DNA of 64,000 nucleotides from Macrostomum lignano (GCA_002269645.1 NIVC01000493.1:372001-436000); one strand, 5' to 3'; counted from the stretch's first letter, positions 22,026 through 35,545 are shown. Numbers and translations: made by a program. The notes: generated from the sequence alone by a model not told the origin.

Positions 22026-23389
22026 ATGGTAGATGAGGAGGCCGAGTCCTGCCTGTCCGTCAGCGGCGATTCTGAACCGCGTCAGCACGCCACGACCTAC
22101 CGGATCTACAACAAATCCAACAGGAGATTCCTGGACAGCCCGTCTCCAGTGGAACTTGGTCGTCAGTTCGAATTTCCAGACGCTGCCGTCGCCAACAACG
22201 ACTGCGACGACGACGACAAGAGACAGTCGGCGTCGCCAGCGATGGACACGGAGGAGTCGGCAACGGATCCCGAGGAGCTGATGCGGCAGCACCTGGCCGG
22301 CTCTTCCGGTGAGATCATTTATAAAAAATGTTGCGCAACCTTGTCATGCAACTTGGTTTAAAAACTAGCTAGTTTGGTTAGTTACAATTCTAAGTTTCCC
22401 GATAGGTTAGATCCGCACTGTTGTTATAATGTAGCGTGCGTTGGGCCACAGGATCGGGCGAGATAGGAAGTTAAAAATATCCGTTTATGCGACCTCTTGA
22501 AGACACCTCGCGTACAAGGATATGTTTACTGCTGAACCGACTCATTGTGAGCCAGTGAAATATAATGACTCCTGTACTGTTCAGAGTAACTCAGGCCTGA
22601 CTCTGAATTGTAACTTCGCCAGAGAATCGAACCCAGGGAACTTTGATGCAACACCACGCTGGGGTCAGTGATAAAATGGTATCTGACTCTCGCGCCACGA
22701 CGACCCCTTGGTTCGATTGCATGCGCGGCCAAATTCATTTGGGCCTTGTGTACATTGGCGGAAAGTTGTCGTGCGATTCACAGCCATGAGGGCCAACCCC
22801 CAAAGCACAGGTGTACATGTGTAGGCCGCTGTACACCCTGTGTGCGCGTGTGTATGAATGCGTGCCTGCACCAAGCCTGTAGATAATAATAATAATAATT
22901 GATTACACCTGCCCCAATTGGGCCAGATGTGCAACCGACAGCTCAGCCGCAGCTATTGCGCGGCGCATCTGAAGGCTGCGTACGGCTGTTCAGTCCAAGG
23001 ACTGGGGGGTCGCCACACACATCCTCAATTACCCCAGCTAATGCTGGCACCCATTTTACAGCTGGGTGAACTGAAGCAATGCAGAGTTAAGTATCTTGCT
23101 CAAGGACACAATTTGTTCCAGTGGGATTGGGAATCGAACCCCGACCTTCAAGTCGTGAGTCCGACGCTCAAACCACTTAGGCTAGAACCCCCTCTAGAGT
23201 AAATGCCTGCAGAATAAGTGCTCTACGAGCGTAATTTCAGCTGAAGATATTCTCTATTATATTTCGATGTGGCATTTGTTTTTTTCAGACATTCTGCGCA
23301 GCCTCTGGGAGCACCAGATGAGATGCGAGGCTTCCGCTATTGCGTCCAACAGCCGCTGTGCAGATAATTCAGATCGCGGCGGTAACTAA
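22026..23389 (+). CDS. Putative unassigned protein-coding gene divergent from SEC63 (exon 22026-22308, probable exon from 23289)
   Basis: Kozak-like CCACCATGG; 94 GC-rich codons (MVDEEAESCLSVSGDSEPRQHATTYRIYNKS...); phase-1 donor CCG|GTGAGA; TTTTCAG acceptor at 23288 continues in frame (DILRSLWEHQMRCEAS...). No recognisable domain. Confidence 0.45.
22883..23194 (-). mobile_element. tRNA-derived SINE, family 1, copy 2 (full length)
   Basis: Minus-strand head GGGGTTCTAGCCTAAGTGG...GGTTCGATTCCC; same central domain as the 12935 copy; (TTA)n tail. Confidence 0.88.
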
Positions 23390-24289
23390 AGGCCAATGAC
23401 CGCCCCTTGCCTCGCAAAACAAAACTGCATTTTCGGCTGTGTGTTGCTAATGGCGGATCACTTTGTTACTGTTGATTCTATCTGTCGGCTCATCAGAATT
23501 ACATACTAAAAATAGTGCTTTGTGCGCTCTGTTGCCGTCTCAGTGGGCGACAGCCATCAGCCGCTTGCCTCGTCATTGTCATTTGCTTTCCGCATTTTTC
23601 TCTGACGAATGTTCCAAGGTCATTACTGCTTCTCTCTCTCTCCCTGACTCGCTTGCTACTCAAATCTGTCCTCACGCGACCTGTTCCCATATCAAGTCAT
23701 AAATCAGCCCTTCCCATTAAAAATAGGGATGTCCTGCGCCTCGTTGCAGGCGATGAAGCCTTGAAGCTGAGCCAATAGTCGGCACTCCCTTCTCTGAAGT
23801 ATTTTTCTTTGGCCTGACCAATTTTTACACAGTCAAAGTTGCAAATACAATATGTTAAATAATAATTAATCGGCTTCTATTATTAATGTCTGATTGTATT
23901 TTGTTGCACAAATGTTATGCCTCCATTTGTACATTTATATCCTATTTTTAGGGAATTGCCTCTCAATTTCTCTCTCGACTGTCGCTGCTTCATGCTGGCT
24001 GCTACAGAGACGAGACGCTACGGGGGAGGGGATTATCAGACCGGGGGAGGGGGGGGTAAGGGGGTTCGAAAGCTGATTCAGCTTGCTACCGGGAATTTTT
24101 TGAAAAGAAGGCGGATAGTTCCCGTTTCCCGTCCTCGATTCTGGAGGGCATGTCGGTGAGAAAGAAATGTCAAAGAGGCAAAGGATGAGCAGAGTAACTC
24201 GTTGTGCAGTTGGAGACTAACAGATGATTCATGCCGCTTCGAACTCTCAACTAAATGCTTCATCAGTTAACAAATTTATTAAAACATAA

Positions 24290-24940
24290 TAGACAAGGGG
24301 GAGAGAGAGAAGGAGAGAGGAGGAGATAGGAGAGAGGGAGAGAGGAGGAGATAGGAGAGAGGGAGAGAGGAGGAGATAGGAGAGAGGGAGAGAGGAGGAA
24401 ATAGGAGAGAGGGAGAGAGGAGGAGATAGGAGAGAGGGAGAGAGGAGGAGATAGGAGAGAAGGAGAGAGGAGGAGATAGGAGAGAGGGAGAGAGGAGGAG
24501 ATAGGAGAGAAGGAGAGAGGAGGAGATAGGAGAGAGGGAGAGAGGAGGAAATAGGAGAGAGGGAGAGAGGAGGAGATAGGAGAGAGGGAGAGAGGAGGAG
24601 ATAGGAGAGAGGGAGAGAGGAGGAGATAGGAGAGAGGGAGAGAGGAGGAGAGAGGAGAGAGGGAGAGAGGAGGAGATAGGAGAGAGGGAGAGAGGAGGAG
24701 ATAGGAGAGAGGGAGAGAGGAGGAGATAGGAGAGAGGGAGAGAGGAGGAGATAGGAGAGAGGGAGAGAGGAGGAGATAGGAGAGAGAGGGAGAGGGAGAG
24801 AGAAGGAGAGAGGAGGAGAGAAGTAGAGGGGAGGAGAGAGGAGAGTGGAGAGACAAGGAGAGAAGGCGAGAGAGAGAGAGAGAGAGAGAGAGAGGAGGAG
24901 GAGAGAGTTAGGGGAGAGAAGGGAAAGAAAGAGAGAAAGG
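24290..24940. repeat. 25-bp purine-rich minisatellite GGAGAGAGGGAGAGAGGAGGAGATA, then (GA)n
   Basis: Direct reading. Confidence 0.95.
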
Positions 24941-25755
24941 ACTTCCAGCACAGGATTCGTCTTAGTTCTGTCTAAGAATTTCGGTATTTTACTGATGTTA
25001 TTCAGAATACTGTTAGCATAAATCCCGCACAGTTTCATAGTTCTAAAACGGAGACTGGCACTCCTAGCTTGAAGCAGACGTTAGGGGTAGATATTTTAAA
25101 GGTTTTAGCTTCATCCAAGGACTCCTAGATTCTCCTAGGTGCTTAAATACAGTCGTCCATGCTTCATCGCAATGTCTACCGCTTGCTTGGCTCCGCCATG
25201 GCATAGTAACGTTTTCGCTAGTTTGCTGCCCGCGGGTAGGACGCTTGCCGATGGGAAGAAAATCGAACAAAAGAAGCGATCCCGAATTCTATATGGCTTC
25301 GTTCTTTCTCTGCTATCCGCAGATGTTTCAGCTGACGCCGGGGCTGAATAGGCGAGAGTCTATTTTTAGAGTCAGTTTTAGTGCTCCTGCGAGACTCGAA
25401 TAGGAGGGGGCGTAATGAGGATGAGGGATGGGGCCGAGTCGGGAAGAGGGGAGGGATGGGGCGGGCTTAATCTGAAAAGGAAGCCGCATGGCTTCGCGCA
25501 CGGTCGGAAGTAGCAGCCTGAGCAGAAGCATTCTTCATCTTAGCTTGCCTAGCACTGTGATTTAATCAGACGGAAATTTTCTGCTTTTAACTTCAATCTA
25601 AACAAAGCCGGGTAATGACAAATATGGCGAACGCTTGAGACTTGAGATCTGCTTACGGGGATGATTGATTAAGTGAGCACTGGCAGCACTGGCGCGCCAT
25701 GCCAGAACCAATGCAGATAAGACATTTTACTCACATTACATCACTTATTTCATTG

Positions 25756-26277
25756 GGGGGGGGGCATCACAAACCCGAAAAATATGAACTCCGAAAAGCG
25801 CTTTCCATCATAAACCCGAAATATCATAAACCCGAAATATCATAAACCCGAAATATCATAAACCCGAAATATCACAAACCCGAAATATCATAAACCCGAA
25901 ATATCACAAACCCGAAATATCACAAACCCGAAATATCACAAACCCGAAATATCATAAACCCGAAATATCATAAACCCGAAATATCACAAACCCGAAATAT
26001 CATAAACCCGAAATATCACAAACCCTAAATATCATAACTCCGAAATTGATAGCAACACACATCATAAACACGAAATATCATAACTCCGAAATTGCTAGCA
26101 ACGCACATGATAAACCCGAAAAATCACAACCCGAAATATCATACGAGCATTCTAGCAATGTCCAACACTAGTTTGGTTTTCGGAGATATGATATTTCGGG
26201 TTGTGATTTTACGGGTTTATGATGTGCGTTGCTAGCAATTTCGGAGTTATGATATTTCGGGTTTATGATGGCGACCC
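25756..26277. mobile_element. Mutator-like foldback MITE with internal 16-bp array (CATAAACCCGAAATAT) and 9-bp TSD
   Basis: Ends GGG..GCATCACAAACCCGAAA and TTTCGGGTTTATGATGGCGACCC are inverted; long inverted arms at about 26065-26140 and 26188-26270; ATTTCATTG duplicated at 25747-25755 and 26278-26286. Confidence 0.75.
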
Positions 26278-26279
26278 AT

Positions 26280-26730
26280 TTCATTGAGACACAAATCAAA
26301 CTGCGCGCTTATTTCATTGAGACACAAATCAAACCGCTCGCTTATTTCGTTGAGACACAAATCAAACCGCTCGCTTATTTCATTGAGACACAAATCAAAC
26401 CGCTCGCTTATTTCATTCAGACACAAATCAAACCGCTCGCTTATTTCATTGAGACACAAATCAAACCGCTCGCTTATTTCATTGAGACACAAATCAAACC
26501 GCTCGCTTATTTCATTGAGACACAAATCAAACCGCTCGCTTATTTCATTCAGACACAAATCAAACTGCGCGCTTATTTCATTGAGACACAAATCAAACCG
26601 CTCGCTTATTTCATTCAGACACAAATCAAACCGCTCGCTTATTTCATTCAGACAAAAATCAAACTGCGCGCTTATTTCATTGAGACACAATTCAAACTGC
26701 GCGCTTATTTCATTCAGACACAAATTAAGT
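26280..26730. repeat. 33-bp tandem repeat TTCATTGAGACACAAATCAAACCGCTCGCTTAT, about 13 copies
   Basis: Direct reading; produces the 11-aa periodic ORFs. Confidence 0.95.
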
Positions 26731-27009
26731 GGCGCTTAAGTTATGCGCGCTTATTCAACCATACTTATTAAAAATATTCGTAAGAATTTGAGGCTTATTG
26801 AGGACCGAACGTAAACATATACTTGTCGTATACTCATGGCATGTCCTTGTCAGAGAATCAAGTCATACTCGTATTAGAATAAAATTACCTGTTGTAGCTG
26901 CATTTTGCATTTATGCACTTCGGACAGTCCAGCAGGCTTGCTCTAACAGCTGAGGCCCACTTTCAAGAGCGGTGACGAGCGAGTCACCAAATCGGTGCTG
27001 TACCCGGGG

Positions 27010-27725
27010 GAGGGGAGAAGAGGGGAGGGTGAGAAGAGGGCAGGGTGAGAAGAGGGAAGGGTGAGAAGAGGGCAGGGTGAGAAGAGGGCAGGGTGAGAAG
27101 AGGGCAGGGTGAGAAGAGGGCAGGGTGAGAAGACGGCAGGGTGAGAAGACGGCAGGGTGAGAAGAGGGCAGGGTGAGAAGAGGGCAGGGTGAGAAGAGGG
27201 CAGGGTGAGAAGACGGCAGGGTGAGAAGAGGGCAGGGTGAGAAGAGGAAAGGGTGAGAAAAGAGAAGGGGAGAAGACGGCAGGGTGAGAAGAGGGAAGGG
27301 TGAGAAGAGGGAAGGGGAGAAGAGGGCAGGGTGAGAAGAGGGAAGGGTGAGAAGAGGGAAGGGTGAGAAGTGGGAAGGGGAGAAGAGGGCAGGTGAAAAG
27401 AGGGAAGGGGGAGAAGAGGGAAGGGGAGAAGAGTGAAGGGTGAGAAGAGGGAAGGGTGAGAAGAGGGAAGGGGAGAAGAGGGCAGGGTGAGAAGAGGGAA
27501 GGGTGAGAAGAGAGAAGGGGAGAAGACGGCAGGGTGAGAAGAGGGAAGGGTGAGAAGTGGGAAGGGGAGAAGAGGGCAGGTGAAAAGAGGGAAGGGGGAG
27601 AAGAGGGAAGGGGAGAAGAGTGAAGGGTGAGAAGAGGGAAGGGTGAGAAGAGGGAAGGGTGAGAAGAGGGAAGGGTGAGAAGAGGGAAGGGTGAGAAGAG
27701 GGAAGGGTGAGAAGAGGGCAGGGTG
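27010..27725. repeat. 16-bp purine-rich minisatellite GGGTGAGAAGAGGGCA
   Basis: Period 16 (27043, 27059, ...). Confidence 0.95.
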
Positions 27726-28304
27726 AGTTAGGCTCAATTAGGCGCTATCAAGGCTCGATTAAATGCCACAAGACTAAATTACGCTCGTGTGTAAGTATTC
27801 ATTTTGAAGATAAAGCTGTCGTTCTTGCACGGGTGTGGTTGGAAATTTAGCTATCAAAATGGAATCCCAATATGAATATTTTTCATGAGGCTGAGACGAA
27901 AGGCTGAGATTCGAACTGATAAAAGCACTCTAAGCGCGGATGCGGAGCAGACAGGCGTCATCGCATGTGGGGACGGGGTTGGTTCCGAGCTATTCGACAG
28001 CAGCCACACGCCAGCTGTCAGCGATATTCGCATAGTAGCTATGCACCGACAGGGCTTATGTAATACTTTAATCCCGTCTTCGCTAATCCTCTGCCTTTGC
28101 TGACCAGCATATGTCGTATTGATTTCGTCTTTCGATTCCGATACGCAGAGTGGATTCGTATGGCAGTTGTGCTCGAACTGAACCTGCTGCCCTGTCACTC
28201 CAGGTTGTGTCTGCTGCTGTTTACTGCAGAGATTTTTGATTGCCTACTCATCACGTGGTTGATTGCATACGAGCGTACCGGAACTGTTTTTGGCGCTCTA
28301 GAGG

Positions 28305-28665
28305 CTCAATTAGGCGCTATCAGGGCTCAATTGATCAATTAGGCGCTATCAGGGCTCAATTGATCAATTAGGCGCTATCAGGGCTCAATTGATCAATTAG
28401 ACGCTATCGAGACTCAATTAGGCGCTATCGAGGCTCAATTAGGCGCTATCAGAGCTCAATTAGGCGCTATCAAGGCTCAATTAGGCGCTATCAAGGCTCA
28501 ATTAGGTGCTATCAAAGCTCGATTAGGTGCTATGAAGGCTCGATTAAGTGCTATCAAGATTAAATTAGGCGCTATCGAGGCTCAATTATGCGCTTTTGGA
28601 GGCTCAATAAAGTGCTATCAAACCTTTATTAAACGCCATTTAGGCTCAATTAGTATCATCAAAGC
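28305..28665. repeat. 21-bp (first units 29-bp) repeat AATTAGGCGCTATCAGGGCTC
   Basis: Direct reading; related units also at about 27730-27770. Confidence 0.85.
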
Positions 28666-29305
28666 CCAATTAGTCATCATTGAGACCTTAAATTTGCGTT
28701 AAAAATGTCCACTAGCTACTAGTAGTAACCACAGCAGCTGACGCATATTCAAATACAAGTCAAGAATTTGCATTGCAAGACAATTTTTGATCAAACAAGT
28801 GTATTTTTCTTTCGGGTAAAAACTGATTTCACTGAGGCAAGAAATATTGATGGGAAATTTTTTTGCCGGCTTAATACGCTAGTACTAAGAAAGTCTCAAT
28901 CAATAAAATGTAATGTATAAACTTAAAACTTCATTAATTGTAAAACAAACTGTTAAAACAAATTCGAGAAAAACTTTTGCTTGACATAATCTGAATAACA
29001 AGTGAATGCTTTTTTAATTTATAAATTCGATTAAATAACAGCAATTAAATAAAGATTTCTAATGCAGAAGCTTCTTCTTTACAAAACTACGGTAAATTTT
29101 TCCATTCTGATTCAAAATCATTTTTGAGAAAACTGATTAGCCGAAGATATTGTACACATAAATAATCGATATTATCGATGACTTATTGCATAAACAATTT
29201 ATACTCTCAGTAGTATCTAGCTTCAAACAACAGTCGTAGTGGGCACCCCTTGAAAATGTTTATCCATGCCGGTCGGCAAACTTCCTCTCTCTCTCGGCGT
29301 CTCCA

Positions 29306-31102
29306 TCACTTCCTCATGTCCTCGGTGTACACGTTCGGCGAGTCGAATCTCGGCAGCAACTTGCCCCCATTCGACAGCGCGTGATTCGGCGGCGCCGCCT
29401 GCTGCTGATAGAAGCGGTCGGGCAGAGCCGGCGGCTGCAGCTGACTGGAAGTCTTCAGCTTCATTGTCGACTTATGGGGCGACGAAGTTGCCGACAGCGG
29501 CTGCATCGGCTGCGGCGGCGGAGTTGGCGAGCCTGAGTGGAGCAGCGGCCGCTTGCCGTCGTCGCTGCCGCCAGTCGTGAAGCCGATGGGCCGCATGGTG
29601 TCCGGGACGATCTCGCCCGGCTGCAGCTTCAACGCCTGGCTGGGAGCCTCGCCACCGCCGCTGCCAGGTGCCCCGCTGACAGCCGCAGCAGCAGCGGCAG
29701 CCGCGGCCGCAGCCGCCTGACTGTGCTCGTACTCAGTATCGTCGCGGAAGTCCCGCTCGATGTACTTTTTCTTGTAGGTTTCCCACAGTCGGTGCACAAT
29801 GTCTGAGCAGATGACGTCGCCAGTGTTAATAGAAATCATCTTGAGGATGAAGACGCCGTCCTGGCGCAGGAAGGCCTTGCAGAACTGCCTGATGGCCTTC
29901 TTCAGGCCGTGGCTGTCGGCTGAATCGCGGTTGTAGACGCCGTTCAAGCGGAGGAATTTCTTGATGAATTTGTACTGGCGCGGCAGCATAGTGATGCGGA
30001 TTGCCCAGCGCAGGATGCTGAGGCAGTTGAGTATGCTCAGCAGGAAGATCCAGAACCACAGAAAGATGTACAGCTTCTCATTCAGCATGTTGACTGGCAG
30101 GGCGCACTGCGCGATCTGCCAGTGGGTGGCGCCGGCAATTTTCAGCATCATTCCGCAGCCGCCGATGCGCGGGAAAATCTTCGTGTTCTGCCAGTCCTGG
30201 CCGTGGCTGAGGTTGCGCAACAGGTCGATGCCGAAGAAGGGATAGCTGCCAGGCATGCGCAGGAAGGTGTGCATGAGGTACAGCTGGCCCACTGAGTTCA
30301 CGGCGTACAAAATCTTCACCACCAAGTAGAAGTTCACCAGTTTGGTGCCCAGTCGCTTGCTAGGAATTAGGAAGCTGAAGACACGGTGCATCTGACGTTT
30401 GAGCACAGTCAGTCCGGATGTGCGGTACTCCCTGTGTTGATAAAACACGTTCACCAGGTTCCGATTGATGTAGTCCACCAGCTTCTTCCGCTTCTCTGGC
30501 TCCGCGTGGACGGCATCGTTAGAAAGGGACACTATGTACTCCAGATCTGTACCGGAGCAGTTGTGGCTGAAAAACTGCCAGATCACCCGAGGCATGTAGA
30601 ACAGGCAGCACTGGAGTCCTACAATGCGGATGTAAAATATTTGGCAAATTCAGTTAGTTTGCAGAGAGGGGCCATGCTCAATCTGTGGACTTTCTGAATA
30701 ATAAAAATGACCCTCTATCAGCCCAGTTGCAGCAACAATGAAGAGCACTTAGGTTTTACCTAGTACGAACGGCACCCATTGGTAGTAGTGGATCTTCAAG
30801 TGGGAGATGTTGTCCAGATTGTGCACGTTCAAGCCGTCCATGTCACGCACGTCGATGGCGTAGGTGCCCTCTGCCCAGCACCAGGCGTTCACGTAATCCA
30901 TGTTGCCAGTGCCGGAGACTGGAGTGGCGATGTAGCACGACAGTGGCGACATGAAATACGTTTTCACCGTCACCACAGTGCAGCAGATCATTAGAAACGA
31001 GCAGGTGAATAGAAAGTTCAACTTGTCAACAAAGTCTTCAAGGCCGACGTAGGTTGTCACCTTGAACTTGTTGAACATGTCGATGAGGTCGGAGCCAACC
31101 AT
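29306..31102 (-). CDS. inx: Innexin (2 coding exons: 31102-30760, 30618-29306), 551 aa
   Basis: EDFVDKLN; extracellular Cys pair SCY...WCW; innexin signature YYQWVP; LFYMPRVIW; QCALPVNMLNEKLYIFLWFW; RQDGVFILKMI. Phase-1 intron G|GTAAAA...TTGTAG. Confidence 0.97.
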
Positions 31103-32619
31103 CTTGACTGCTGGCTGCTAGCAGCGGGCCTTGGCGGGCGCGCTGGTAAATTACTAAATGGTTGAAGGGAGGAATAATGCAAAAATGCAGGTCTCGTCAG
31201 CAGTTACTCGCTACACAGGCTTAGCATATCAACACATCGTTGAAAGAAACACAGAGAAAAGTTGCTTACCGAAAAAGAAGATGGAATTAAGAGCGGCTTG
31301 CGCACGCAAAACGAACGGAGGGACCACTTTTCAGTGACTTGATTTGCTTTAAAAAGTAAATCCGAAACGGAAACTCGGCGAGTGCTGCTACTGTTCAGCT
31401 TTTTTCTTATTTAGCAAACCCAGAAAAGGCAAAGATTCGAGGCCAAAATGCGGTGGCCTCACTGGGCCAACGGTAGAACAAGGGAGGGGGGAGGTTGGCC
31501 AAGACTACCAACTCCTGGCAGCTGCACCTGAAATGCTGACGTCAGCTGCAAAAGCCAACAAGATGCGGCAGCTATAGAAACAGGTTTCCTTCTATTGCTT
31601 GAGCCGGCCTGCTCAGTTCAAATAATGTATGGATTATTCAGAGCCAGCTTCTTTTCTATTAGTCCTGAGCTTCCTCTCCAGGATTGCGTAATAGCGTCAC
31701 CGGGTGTTTTTTCCCAGGGGCGGTTGGTGGACGCACAAAAATAGACATCTGCCATCTCTCGTCCTCCATCGAATGGGAAAGCGAGTAACGTCGTGCAGGG
31801 AAGCTGGGATTATATTCCCCACTCTCTTTCTCTCTCTCTCTGTCTCTCTCTGTCTCCCCGCAAAGCCATCGCTAGTGAGGGTACAGGGCAAGGGGTCGGG
31901 GGTGTCTTGTTTGTTTCAGTCTCTGAGTCATCGGTTGACTGTCTCAGTTTGAGGCCTTGAGACGGCCTTTTCAATCGATATTGATGCATTTTCAGTTTTC
32001 ATAAATGTTACGCAATGTTATTAGTCACAATAAATTTAACGATCGGTTAAGATCGATGAAACGAGAGGCAGAATAGCCTGAGAGCTGAGCTTGTGTTGAC
32101 TGATAACTTGACTTACTGAGACGGAAATTGACTAAACAACGCAAGACTTCAAAGCTTTCAAATGTTAATTGGCGTACCATCTCAGTTTTCCGGTCACACC
32201 GGTTTAACTTTTGTCCTTCTGGCCCAGTGACCGTCTCTCGGGCCGTCTGATTGTTTATAATAGTTGCTTTCAAGCCGTTTGTTGCAGCAAGTCACATGCT
32301 CCCAGCTTGCAAGCAGGGCTGATTGCCAGATTCACAGCTAATCGCTTGACCCCATCAGAGAGCGGGTGGGCTCCCTCACACGCTCAGTCCGAAGTCTATT
32401 AAGTAAACTGATTGTTTAAATTTTAAATTTAAGTAATTAAGTTTAAATTTAAAGCTATTGAACATTTTCAATGTCATTGCTTCTATGTGTTCTTTTACTA
32501 CATTATTCTCGTTTATTCAACGTTTTATATACATCTATAATAAATGCGATGTTATGATACTTGTATTTTTACTAGTCTTTTATGTAAGTATTTACTTGAC
32601 TTGAATTTGTGTGTTGTCA

Positions 32620-34135
32620 GTGAATGTGTTGTCATTGATTGTGTTGTAATTTAATGCGTGTTGTCATTGAATGTGTGTGGCAATTGAATACGAGTAATGT
32701 GTTGTCATTGAATGTGTTGTCATTTAATGTGCTGTCATTGAATGTGTTGTCATTGAATGTGTTGTCATTGAATGTGTTGTCATTGAATGTGTTGTCATTG
32801 AATGTGTTGTCATTGAATGTGCTGTCATTGAATGTGCTGTCACTGAATGTGTTGTCACTGAATGTGTTGTCACTGAATGTGTTGTCATTGAATGTGTTGT
32901 CATTGAATGTGCTGTCACTGAATGTGTTGTCATTGAATGTGCTGTCACTGAATGTGCTGTCATTGAATGTGTTGTCACTGAATGTGTTGTCACTGAATGT
33001 GTTGTCATTGAATGTGTTGTCATTGAATGTGCTGTCACTGAATGTGTTGTCATTGAATGTGTTGTCATTGAATGTGCTGTCACTGAATGTGTTGTCATTG
33101 AATGTGTTGTCATTGAATGTGCTGTCACTGAATGTGTTGTCATTTAATGTGCTGTCATTGAATGTGCTGTCACTGAATGTGTTGTCATTGAATGTGTTGT
33201 CATTTAATGTGCTGTCATTGAATGTGTTGTCATTTAATGTGCTGTCATTGAATGTGTTGTCACTGAATGTGTTGTCATTGAATGTGTTGTCATTTAATGT
33301 GCTGTCATTTAATGTGCTGTCACTGAATGTGCTGTCATTGAATGTGCTGTCACTGAATGTGTTGTCATTGAATGTGTTGTCACTGAATGTGCTGTCACTG
33401 AATGTGTTGTCACTGAATGTGTTGTCACTGAATGTGTTGTCACTGAATGTGTTGTCACTGAATGTGTTGTCACTGAATGTGCTGTCACTGAATGTGTTGT
33501 CATTGAATGTGCTGTCACTGAATGTGCTGTCATTGAATGTGTTGTCACTGAATGTGTTGTCACTGAATGTGTTGTCATTGAATGTGTTGTCATTGAATGT
33601 GCTGTCACTGAATGTGTTGTCATTGAATGTGTTGTCATTGAATGTGCTGTCACTGAATGTGTTGTCATTGAATGTGTTGTCATTTAATGTGCTGTCACTG
33701 AATGTGCTGTCATTGAATGTGCTGTCACTGAATGTGTTGTCATTGAATGTGCTGTCACTGAATGTGCTGTCACTGAATGTGTTGTCACTGAATGTGTTGT
33801 CACTGAATGTGTTGTCATTGAATGTGTTGTCATTGAATGTGCTGTCACTGAATGTGTTGTCATTGAATGTGCTGTCACTGAATGTGCTGTCATTGAATGT
33901 GTTGTCACTGAATGTGTTGTCACTGAATGTGTTGTCATTGAATGTGTTGTCATTGAATGTGCTGTCACTGAATGTGTTGTCATTGAATGTGTTGTCATTG
34001 AATGTGCTGTCACTGAATGTGTTGTCATTGAATGTGTTGTCATTGAATGTGCTGTCACTGAATGTGTTGTCATTGAATGTGTCGTCATTGAATGTGTTGT
34101 CATTGAATGTGTTGTCACTGAATGTGTTGTCATTG
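32620..34135. repeat. 15-bp minisatellite GAATGTGTTGTCATT, about 100 copies
   Basis: Direct reading; variants at two positions (T/C) plus occasional CATTT. Confidence 0.97.
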
Positions 34136-34609
34136 AATTACGAGCTAATTGGTTTCGCGCCGCAGCAAGTATTTTAAGCTGGCTGGGTTCCAGACTTTTC
34201 TAGTCAAATTTATTTACACAAATCAGGTCATCAGTAAGCGAATTGGTGTTGCAAAATTTTATTTCAACTTTCATTTGCTCTGGAAGTCCAAGCCAAACTG
34301 TGAGAGAGGCTGGTGGGGGCTGTGCAGTACCAAGACTGGTCTTGGGGGGGGGGGAATTGCGTCGATTGCAACAGCACCACCTGTGGGGGGTCTCCGGCTG
34401 CTGACGGACAGCAGGGCGGCGGGTACGTGCGCAGTGGTGGCAGCTAATTCGTATCTGTGTGCACTATAGCATTGGCATATAATTTTCACAGTTTTTCTCC
34501 ACTTTCAGATCAGCATTTCAACTTGCATAGCTGTAGCTCCTTGTGCGTCCTTTTGGACGGATGCACAAATTTGCTTTGGCAATAATTTTGTCACAATTAA
34601 CACCCCCGT

Positions 34610-35545
34610 CTGATGAGCAGCATCTCCATCTGACAAGCAATACCTCCATGTGACAAACAATACCTCCATCTGACAAGCAATACCTCCATCTGACAAGCAA
34701 TACCTCCATCTGACAAACAATACCTCCATCTGACAAGCAATACCTCCATCTGACAAGCAATACCTCCATCTGACAAACAATACCTCCATCTGACAAGCAA
34801 TACCTCCATCTGACAAGCAATACCTCCATCTGACAAGCAATACCTCCATCTGACAAGCAATACCTCCATCTGACAAGCAATACCTCTATCTGACAAGCAA
34901 TACCTCCATCTGACAAGCAATACCTCCATCTGACAAGCAATACCTCCATCTGACAAGCAATACCTCCATCTGACAAGCAATACCTCTATCTGACAAGCAA
35001 TACCTCCATCTGACAAGCAATACCTCCATCTGACAAGCAATACCTCCATCTGACAAGCAATACCTCCATCTGACAAGCAATACCTCCATCTGACAAGCAA
35101 TACCTCCATCTGACAAGCAATACCTCCATCTGACAAGCAATACCTCCATCTGACAAGCAATACCTCCATCTGACAAGCAATACCTCCATCTGACAAGCAA
35201 TACCTCCATCTGACAAGCAATACCTCCATCTGACAAGCAATACCTCCATCTGACAAACAATACCTCCATCTGACAAGCAATACCTCCATCTGACAAGCAA
35301 TACCTCCATCTGACAAGCAATACCTCTATCTGACAAGCAATACCTCCATCTGACAAGCAATACTTCCATCTGACAAGCAATACCTCCATCTGACAAGCAA
35401 TACTTCCATCTGACAAGCAATACCTCCATCTGACAAGCAATACCTCCATCTGACAAGCAATACCTCCATCTGACAAGCAATACCTCCATCTGACAAGCAA
35501 TACCTCTATCTGACAAGCAATACCTCCATCTGACAAGCAATACCT
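34610..35545. repeat. 20-bp minisatellite TACCTCCATCTGACAAGCAA, about 47 copies
   Basis: Three units per 60-nt line, near perfect. Confidence 0.97.

Noticed and set aside
23120-23194. tRNA genes at the SINE heads (also 6846, 50739, 54660)
   Set aside because: A and B boxes are present but there is no complete cloverleaf acceptor stem, and each runs into a repeated SINE body.
31535-31546. CRE-like palindrome GCTGACGTCAGC upstream of the innexin (another at 53767)
   Set aside because: Single 8-12 bp motifs occur by chance at this scale; no supporting evidence.
32639-35540. 512-aa NVLSL-repeat ORF (leucine-rich or antifreeze-like) and MEVLLVRW-repeat ORFs
   Set aside because: Stop-free by-products of the 15-bp and 20-bp arrays; no unique coding flanks or splice context.
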